Source: Ottowia thiooxydans
GTDB lineage: Bacteria > Pseudomonadota > Gammaproteobacteria > Burkholderiales > Burkholderiaceae_C
Assembly (NCBI RefSeq): GCF_040548795.1
Contig: NZ_JBEPSH010000008.1
Span: 4,310-36,309 of the forward strand
Direction: 5' to 3'
DNA length: 32,000 bases
A program made the translations under genes and the position numbers. Positions 16,643 through 23,119 of this stretch are shown piece by piece. Position 1 is the first letter of the stretch. The number at the start of each line of letters is the position of its first letter. The notes beneath the pieces were generated by a model, which saw only the letters and a list, made by a program, of their open reading frames with translations, was not told the origin of the DNA and made no database searches.

Positions 16643-19278
16643 TGCAAAGGCATCGAGAGATTCAGGAACACGCCGTGCTGTCGTTCATTCACGCCGTCGT
16701 ATGGATGGCTGCCCAAGCTCAGGCCATAGCGCAAGGTGAGCTTTTGACCCAGAGCCCAGTTGTGTTCGTAACGCAGACTCCAAAGCGGGCCGCGACCAAA
16801 GTCGGCCTGGTGATAGCTGCCACCTGCGAGCTCGACCGCCTGGATGAATTGGCGGTCGTCTCGTTTCCAGCTGAGCCACTGGCCGCGCACGGCAATCTGC
16901 GCGCTGGCGTCGCGCGAGGGACTGAAGTAGCGCACGTCCTGCAGCCGGGTATGGCTGGTGTCCGCGCCCAGACGGGTTTCGAGTTGAAAGCGCGGAGTGC
17001 TGATCCAGCGCTCGCGCCAACCAAAATCGAAGCTGTCGCGCAGGTTGCCGTCACTGAAGTCGAGCCGGCGCCATTGCAGGTCGAAGCGACGCGACTCATT
17101 GAGCAGGTAGGTCACACTGGCGCCGAAGTCGCGCGCACCGATGGACTGCGCGCCAAGAGGGACGACCCGCGCCTTCCATGGCAATTCCTTACTGTCGCCG
17201 TCATAGCTCGCCGACAGCCGCCAGGCGTCGCTGGCGCGGTAAGCGATGCGGCCAGCCACGCTGCTGCGATAGGGGCCAGCATTCGAATGCTGCAACACGC
17301 CCTCGGCCAGCCAGCGACCTTGTTGCCAGCTCAGACCGAGGCCGCCGCGCGCCAACCTGGCACTGCCCTCCAAGGTGTCGCCGCGGCCCAGGGACTGGTC
17401 ATAGAAGACGCGCCAGGCGTCGGCAATCAAGCCGGTGCTGAGCCGGCTGTCGGCGCGCCATTCGCGGCCCGCCAGCGCGGTGCCGCCGCGCGAGCCTTCG
17501 GCGCTGAGTTCAAGTTGCGCGCCCACCAGCGAGCGCCGCTTGATCTCCATCTCGCGGACCTGGTGTGCATCGGGTGCGTCGGCGAGAACCCCTTCGGCGC
17601 GCTGTCGAGCCTCACGGAATTCGCCGGCATTGAGCAGCGCCTCCACATGACCAATACGGGTGCTCACGTTGTCAGGATGGTTGGCTGCCAGTGCCTCAAA
17701 GCGTGCGACGGCAGCCTCGGGATGCTCTCGCAACCGTTCAGTGAGCGCGGCACCGGATGCAAAGCCGGAATTGAGTGGCGCCTCGCCGGTCAAGGTGACA
17801 AAGCGCGGTTGTGCAATCTTCGGCCGGTCACCGTAGAGCTGCAGAAGGGAGTCCATGCCGGCAACGGACGAGTATTGTTCGTTAGGACGCCCGGCTTCTG
17901 GCGCGAGCCGCATAGTGGCAGGGGTGTCATCTTCCATGCGCTTTAGCAGCGATTCAGCGTCATCGAAGCGGCCAGTATCCAGGTACGCATAGACCAGGCC
18001 GAAAGACAGATCGTCTGACACCGGCAGATCAGCCAAGGCCTTCTCGAAAAGTGGAACGGCGTCGGCCGACCGGCGCACTTGTGCCATCGCACGGGCCACC
18101 ACGCCCAGCGCATAGGCCGGTAGTTCAGTGTCGGCAGCAAGCAGCGTCTCATACTGCGCAATGGTCTCGGCAGGACGGCCACGCTCCAGCAACGCCAGCA
18201 TGTGGTCAGACTGCAGCCGCACGCGCAGCGTGCGCCAGTTGTCAGCATCCTGAGGGGTTGATTGCGCAGCTCCAGCGTCGAGCCGCGCTTGAGCTGATCT
18301 CTGATCAACCAGAACCCGGTCAATCTCAGCAACGCGTGCCGGGCCGAGCCGTTGGTCGCGAGCCTTCACGGCCCAGCGTAGACGCTGGGCCAGGGCCTGC
18401 TGTTCGAGTGTGGCCAATGCCAACGCTGAGAACGCCCCCGGATGAGCGTGCTGAATGTCCTTGGCATCCTCAAAAGCTGCCGATGCGCCGCCCTGCTCCG
18501 CCAGCAAAAAGCTGGCCTCGCGCTGCGCATCGTGGCGCTCGGATTGCAGTTTGATGACGTTTCTGTAGGCTGCTAACGCCTGGTAGGGCTCTCCGAGCGC
18601 ACGCGCCAGCGCCGCTTGCAGGTCCAGCAACGCCACACGATCCGAGATCGCCGTGGGTGTCGGCTCCGACAGCGCACGGTAGATCGCCTGCGCGCCCGTT
18701 GTATCTTTTACCGCCAGTCGCCAGAAGGCTTCGTGAATACGTGGATTGCGAGCCTCTGGCTGGCGTACCCGCCAGACTTGGATGGTTTCGCCCTGTTGTG
18801 CCAGATCGCCCATTCTTCGCGCAGCAATGGCCAGCGGTTCCAGTGCGTAGTCGTCAAGCTCGGCGGCAGGCGTCTGGCGTCCTAGCTCCACAGCATCGGC
18901 GAACCGCCCATCCGCGACGGCGATGACGATAGCGTCAGAGGCCACGCGACGGCGCTGTGTGGCGTCCAGTGGCACAGCCAGCCATTGACGTAGCTGTTGT
19001 AGAGCTTGCACTGCAGTCATCCGGCCGTCGCGGCGGGCCACGATCAGAGCGTCGTGCGACTGCGGATCATAGGCTAACGCTTCGCCAGAAGAACCAGAAG
19101 GCATTGACGCAACGCCGGCGCCGGAGAACGAAGCGATGCCAGCACCAAAGGTGAGCACGCAGACAATCGGCAAACAATTCCGCACAGCACTGATCAGACG
19201 GTTCGGCACTGCCTTGGCAAGTGCAATTTCACACCCTGCAACGACAGTGCCTCTATTTCTTTGTGTATAGATAGACAC
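16639..19278 (-). CDS. pgaA: PNAG export outer-membrane porin with periplasmic TPR domain
   Basis: 879 aa. An alanine/leucine-rich TPR-like N-terminal two-thirds is followed by a C-terminal beta-barrel-like region with alternating aromatic and polar residues (WRADSRLSTG...YGLSLGSHPYDG). It is the first gene of the pga operon. The GTG start at 19278 is preceded by GGGAG with a 4-nt spacer, but the start is not certain. Confidence 0.88.
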   Translation of the reverse strand: MSIYTQRNRGTVVAGCEIALAKAVPNRLISAVRNCLPIVCVLTFGAGIASFSGAGVASMPSGSSGEALAYDPQSHDALIVARRDGRMTAVQALQQLRQWLAVPLDATQRRRVASDAIVIAVADGRFADAVELGRQTPAAELDDYALEPLAIAARRMGDLAQQGETIQVWRVRQPEARNPRIHEAFWRLAVKDTTGAQAIYRALSEPTPTAISDRVALLDLQAALARALGEPYQALAAYRNVIKLQSERHDAQREASFLLAEQGGASAAFEDAKDIQHAHPGAFSALALATLEQQALAQRLRWAVKARDQRLGPARVAEIDRVLVDQRSAQARLDAGAAQSTPQDADNWRTLRVRLQSDHMLALLERGRPAETIAQYETLLAADTELPAYALGVVARAMAQVRRSADAVPLFEKALADLPVSDDLSFGLVYAYLDTGRFDDAESLLKRMEDDTPATMRLAPEAGRPNEQYSSVAGMDSLLQLYGDRPKIAQPRFVTLTGEAPLNSGFASGAALTERLREHPEAAVARFEALAANHPDNVSTRIGHVEALLNAGEFREARQRAEGVLADAPDAHQVREMEIKRRSLVGAQLELSAEGSRGGTALAGREWRADSRLSTGLIADAWRVFYDQSLGRGDTLEGSARLARGGLGLSWQQGRWLAEGVLQHSNAGPYRSSVAGRIAYRASDAWRLSASYDGDSKELPWKARVVPLGAQSIGARDFGASVTYLLNESRRFDLQWRRLDFSDGNLRDSFDFGWRERWISTPRFQLETRLGADTSHTRLQDVRYFSPSRDASAQIAVRGQWLSWKRDDRQFIQAVELAGGSYHQADFGRGPLWSLRYEHNWALGQKLTLRYGLSLGSHPYDGVNERQHGVFLNLSMPLQ

Positions 19279-19770
19279 TCAACTCCCTGAACCCGAACTT
19301 CTCTCAGACCTGATCAGCCATAACAAGAAAGCTCTCAAAAAAAACAATAACCAAACAACCATTCCGCATTAACGCTTCAGCAGGGGCATCATAAAAACAA
19401 TATTCAATAATTCTTCAACCCCATATATATTTAGAATGGATTTGCGTGAAATATTTTTTGGTTTTTTAGTTTAATTTTTGGATAAGCACCCAAGAGTTCA
19501 ACGTTCCGCTCTTGTCGCAACACATTGCTATTAAATGGAAATTACTTATTTCCATTTAAATTTGCTTCAATAGCAATAAAAAGAAGTATTTCTTAAAGCC
19601 CAAAAACCACCCACCCCAGGGAATTTATCCACCATGCTGGCATTCGTGTCTCTTTGCATATATTGTTTCCGCACGAAAAAATACCCAACTCTCATTAACA
19701 AACCCCATAAATCTTAAAAATACAGTACTCACCGTTAATCGCGGCGGGTTAAAAACTACCGCTTTAATAT
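19279..19770 (-). promoter_or_regulatory. AT-rich upstream/leader region of the pgaABCD operon
   Basis: My hand count over 19321-19740 gives 143 G+C in 420 nt, about 34%. A pgaA coding line (17401-17460) counted 41 of 60. There is no credible ORF. The region contains A-tracts and a nested palindrome. The position of the promoter within it was not determined. Confidence 0.5.
19524..19577. repeat. Nested inverted repeat (candidate operator or leader RNA hairpin) upstream of pgaA
   Basis: Perfect 12-bp arms: TTAAATGGAAAT (19531-19542) and ATTTCCATTTAA (19548-19559), with the 5-nt spacer TACTT. Outer arms are ATTGCTAT (19524-19531) and ATAGCAAT (19570-19577). Verified base by base. Confidence 0.85.
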
Positions 19771-20132
19771 TCAATCGAAATGATTGCAAGGAATTCCTGC
19801 CGTGATAACGGATGGCCCTGAGTGGTGATGGAGTCTTAAGCTCGTGCTCACATACGGATCACTTGAACCGTGTGCTTCGAACACTCGTGGTGTTGGCCTC
19901 GCGTTGACCTTGGCAGCGAGACCAAGCAACTCGCGTGGCACCAGGGAATCGAATTGAATTCCGACCATCGCGCGCATGACCGCAGGGAGGAGTCGGATCC
20001 GATGGAGACAAAACGGGCAGCCAACCGCGCGCGGGTTGGTGCAACCAGGTTGAAGCGAGGCCTCAGTGAGCGGACAAATTTGGCTGGAAACCGCAAAGCT
20101 CCGACAACGCAGAGTGCATACGCAACGCTTGC

Positions 20133-21020
20133 TTAGCTCGATAGCCCAAGCAATACATTCAGTACAGCGGTTACTGCCAAGTCAGGGGTCGACAAGCGCC
20201 TATGGGCCACGGCCATGGGGCGCATAAGTTGAGGCTGCAACGGCCGTACATGCACGTCGGGCGAATTCATCTGGTCTTGTACTTCCTCCAACGGCAGAAG
20301 AACTGCACTTTGGCTTGCTGCGGCGAGACTCTTGAGCGCCCCGGGATAACTAAGCGTGAGGAATGGCCGCGGATTGAAGCCAGCCTGTCCGAACCATGAT
20401 GAAACAAGGCCATGCATCTGCGTGGCAGGCGCGAAAGAAGCCCAACGCCGTCCAGCCAGCCACTCGGGAGTGACCTTCTCAGGAGCTTCCCATGAGGCGG
20501 GCAGGAGTGCCACCATGGGATCGTTACGCCATGGCGTCAGGTGAACTTCCGCCATGGGCGGCTGGGGACTTGCCACGATGCCGATATCCAGAGTGGCCGT
20601 CTTCAATCGATGCATGGCCTCAGCCGAGCCCACTGCTTCCAGCTTGACTTCTACGCCTGGACTTTGCCTGCTCAGTACCTCAAGCGCCATGGGCAATAGC
20701 CGCGTGCTTACACCGGCTGAAACGCCCACTCTCACAACCCCCTGTCGCCCACTGGCCCGGCGTTGAACCAGATCGATCAGGTCATCACTGGCGGCCAGCA
20801 ATTTTCGACCTTCTTGCACCAGCACCGCCCCTACAGGCGTCAACTCTGTCTGTCTTCGTCCGCGTACGAGCAGTACCGCGTTCATGCGCGATTCAAGCTC
20901 CTTGATGTGCAGGCTGATGGTCGGAGGCGCCAGATGCAGCGCTTGTGCGGCTGCGGCAAAAGTACCTAGATCCGCGATGGCGACAAGGGTCTGCAGCTGG
21001 TCCAGATTCAAGTTACGCAT
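20133..21020 (-). CDS. LysR family transcriptional regulator
   Basis: N-terminal wHTH LDQLQTLVAIADLGTFAAAAQALHLAPPTISLHIKELESRMNAVLLVRGRRQTELTPVG followed by a LysR effector domain. It lies between the pga operon (same strand, downstream) and the rsb operon (divergent). Confidence 0.92.
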   Translation of the reverse strand: MRNLNLDQLQTLVAIADLGTFAAAAQALHLAPPTISLHIKELESRMNAVLLVRGRRQTELTPVGAVLVQEGRKLLAASDDLIDLVQRRASGRQGVVRVGVSAGVSTRLLPMALEVLSRQSPGVEVKLEAVGSAEAMHRLKTATLDIGIVASPQPPMAEVHLTPWRNDPMVALLPASWEAPEKVTPEWLAGRRWASFAPATQMHGLVSSWFGQAGFNPRPFLTLSYPGALKSLAAASQSAVLLPLEEVQDQMNSPDVHVRPLQPQLMRPMAVAHRRLSTPDLAVTAVLNVLLGLSS

Positions 21021-21090
21021 CAGAATTTCTGAATTAATTGGTCATATAAGTCAACTTTACAGAATATAGAGCACCAACGAGCATTCAGTC
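21021..21090. promoter_or_regulatory. AT-rich region upstream of the LysR gene containing short dyads
   Basis: CAGAA-T-TTCTG dyad at 21021-21031, TTCTGAATT at 21027-21035 and a second CAGAAT at 21060-21065. The function is inferred only from position next to the LysR start codon. Confidence 0.4.
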
Positions 21091-21300
21091 ATGGCAAACA
21101 CAGACTCCCATGACGACTTGCAGCCCGTGAACGCTGAGCGACTAATCACCCGATATGCAGCCAGTGGCCTCATTAACGAAAGCGCCCGCGTCACCCAGCC
21201 TGGGCGCCTTGCCCGTTGGTGGGGTTGCGTGCAGCGTCTGCTGGCCAAAGCTGAGAAAAAGGTCACTGAGAACTTTCGGGTCCCTCCACACGGCGGCTAA
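21091..21300 (+). CDS. Hypothetical small protein (69 aa); coding status uncertain
   Basis: An ATG ORF divergent from the LysR gene with a 70-bp spacer. Third-position GC is moderately high. There is no strong Shine-Dalgarno sequence and no recognisable motif. Confidence 0.3.
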   Translation: MANTDSHDDLQPVNAERLITRYAASGLINESARVTQPGRLARWWGCVQRLLAKAEKKVTENFRVPPHGG

Positions 21301-21507
21301 GGATGGCTAAGGGCCGCTAAGGAGTTCAGATCGTCCGTCGACAACCGAAGGCAACCCGTAGCCTGGGTACCCCACGTAGATCATCCCTATGAGTTCTTGT
21401 AGGAAATCATGCCGTCCTGGGCCTCCAGCGGCAAAAGTGCCATTTCCTCCGATAGACCTGCCCCATAATTCCCGGCGAACTAAATAAGTCATGCATAAGG
21501 GGTTGCC

Positions 21508-22341
21508 GTGGAAAAGAGCTATAGCATTTTGGCCAGTCTGCTGGAGAACGAAGAATCTCAAGTACTGGATCAATGGATTCTCAGCGCCGGAGGCTCTGCT
21601 TCTCCCAAAGTGCGCGCTGAGGTAGCCCCTATTCTTGACAAGCTGCGCGCTGCAGTTCAATCGAATGAGCCCCTCACCTCTGGCTCTGGTGCATGGAAAC
21701 CGCTCAATGCTGCCCTGGAAGCCCTGTCTGCTTCGCGTGCCGCGCAAGGTACTACGGCGGGAAGCACAAGTGCCTTGGTGCTTGCTTTAAAGCAACCTGT
21801 TTTCGCAGCGCTGCAAAAGTCGCTTTCTTCAGACAGTCAAGCCTTGTTGGAAGCCATCACGGAGTCTTCCAAGCTCATTGACGTCATGGCCCAATGGACT
21901 GCCGACTCGTATCAACGGAGCCGAGATCAACTGATCGCTCGGCAACAGGAAGAATTGCTGGAGCTGTCCACGCCAGTCATCAAGCTATGGGATGGCATCT
22001 TGGCTGTTCCGATGATTGGAACGCTGGATTCCAGCAGAACCCAGGTCATCATGGAAACGCTGTTGCAACGCATCGTGGAAACCGAGGCATCGATAGCCAT
22101 CATTGACATCACCGGGGTCCCCACCGTTGACACCCTGGTTGCGCAACATTTGCTTAAAACGGTCACTGCGATTCGGTTGATGGGCGCTGACTGCATCATC
22201 AGCGGCATTCGTCCGCAGATCGCTCAGACCATTGTTCATTTGGGAATTGATCTTCAGTCAGTGGCCTCAAAAGCCACCCTGGCTGACGCTCTTGATCTGG
22301 CGCTGAAACGCATCGGCTACACCTTCACCAAGATCAAGTGA
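21508..22341 (+). CDS. rsbR: RsbR-like stressosome sensor protein (N-terminal helical sensor domain plus C-terminal STAS)
   Basis: GTG start preceded by AAGGGG with a 5-nt spacer. The C-terminal half, ELSTPVIKLWDGILAVPMIGTLDSSRTQVIMETLL...IDITGVPTVDTLVAQHLLKTVTAIRLMGADCIISGIRPQIAQTIVHLGIDL, closely parallels B. subtilis RsbRA as I recall it. Confidence 0.88.
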   Translation: MEKSYSILASLLENEESQVLDQWILSAGGSASPKVRAEVAPILDKLRAAVQSNEPLTSGSGAWKPLNAALEALSASRAAQGTTAGSTSALVLALKQPVFAALQKSLSSDSQALLEAITESSKLIDVMAQWTADSYQRSRDQLIARQQEELLELSTPVIKLWDGILAVPMIGTLDSSRTQVIMETLLQRIVETEASIAIIDITGVPTVDTLVAQHLLKTVTAIRLMGADCIISGIRPQIAQTIVHLGIDLQSVASKATLADALDLALKRIGYTFTKIK

Positions 22342-22350
22342 GGTTGAGAG

Positions 22351-22725
22351 ATGTACCGTATTCCGATACTGCGCATGGGACGAACGCTGCTGGTCACCAT
22401 TCAGATTGATATGGAAGACCAGACCGCCATGGCGCTGCAGAACGACCTTGCGGAGCAGATTGTCAAAACGGGGGCCAGAGGTGTACTGATTGATATCTCT
22501 GCATTAGAGATTGTTGACTCATTCGTGGGAAGAATGTTGGCCGGCATCTCGAGCATTGGGAAGATTCTTGACGCAACCACCGTCGTAGTCGGCATGCAAC
22601 CTGCCGTGGCCATCACGTTGGTGGAGCTGGGCCTTTCCCTGGATGGTGTCAAAACCGCGCTCAATGTGAGCAAAGGCATGGCCCTTCTAGAGGCTGCTGC
22701 TCAAGGAGATTCTTTTGTCACTTGA
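22351..22725 (+). CDS. rsbS: RsbS-like single-STAS stressosome scaffold protein
   Basis: 124 aa. IPILRMGRTLLVTIQIDMEDQTAMALQNDL...GVLIDISALEIVDSFVGRML...VVGMQPAVAITLVELGL parallels B. subtilis RsbS. The conserved Ser is in the DSF motif (Ser57, nt 22519-22521). Confidence 0.9.
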   Translation: MYRIPILRMGRTLLVTIQIDMEDQTAMALQNDLAEQIVKTGARGVLIDISALEIVDSFVGRMLAGISSIGKILDATTVVVGMQPAVAITLVELGLSLDGVKTALNVSKGMALLEAAAQGDSFVT

Positions 22726-23119
22726 CACTCACGGCTCTGAGCCACTCCGCAGTGAAGCGGATATTGTGTTGTGTCGTCAGACAGTGAGAAGGCTCACTGG
22801 CGAACTCAAATTTTCACTGGTCGATCAAACCAAGATGATCACGGCCGCCAGCGAATTGTCGCGAAACACCCTCGTGTACGGCGGCGGGGGCGACATGGAA
22901 TGGGAACTGCTGAGCGACGGAATCAAACGTGGGCTTCGACTGAAGTTCAGAGATTCTGGCCCTGGCATACCCGACCTCAGTCTTGCACTCAAGGATGGCT
23001 GGACATCAGGCAAGGGCATGGGTCTGGGCCTTTCCGGCAGCAAGCGCCTGGTCCATGAGTTTGAACTCGAATCGGCCGTAGGTGTAGGCACCTGCGTCAG
23101 CGTGACCCGTTGGAAATAA
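22715..23119 (+). CDS. rsbT: RsbT-like serine/threonine kinase (GHKL anti-sigma-type kinase)
   Basis: 134 aa. ADIVLCRQTVRRL..., N-box SELSRNTLVYG, DSGPGIPD and GKGMGLGLSGSKRL. The TTG start at 22715 lies 6 nt after AAGGAG and overlaps rsbS by 11 nt. Confidence 0.88.
   Translation: MSLDTHGSEPLRSEADIVLCRQTVRRLTGELKFSLVDQTKMITAASELSRNTLVYGGGGDMEWELLSDGIKRGLRLKFRDSGPGIPDLSLALKDGWTSGKGMGLGLSGSKRLVHEFELESAVGVGTCVSVTRWK

Noticed and set aside
16576-17946. A 456-aa plus-strand ORF, the longest unexplained ORF in the track.
   Set aside because: It lies entirely antisense to pgaA. It is very rich in Ala, Arg, Gly and Pro and has no recognisable motifs. Long antisense frames of this kind are expected in high-GC coding DNA.
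20082-20106. The plus-strand segment GGCTGGAAACCGCAAAGCTCCGAC resembles the ACGCAAAGCC-CCGG core of the c-di-GMP-I (GEMM-I) riboswitch. That would be attractive next to a PNAG operon.
   Set aside because: It is on the wrong strand to lie in the pgaA leader and points into the 3' end of the LysR gene. The match covers only a few nucleotides. I could not identify the first hairpin (GGCAAAC...GAAA) or the paired P2 stem. A covariance-model scan would settle the question.
21307-21747. A 146-aa minus-strand ORF overlapping the start of rsbR.
   Set aside because: It overlaps the well-supported rsbR start and its Shine-Dalgarno sequence. The composition is Gly/Arg-rich, there are no motifs, and there is no ribosome-binding site.
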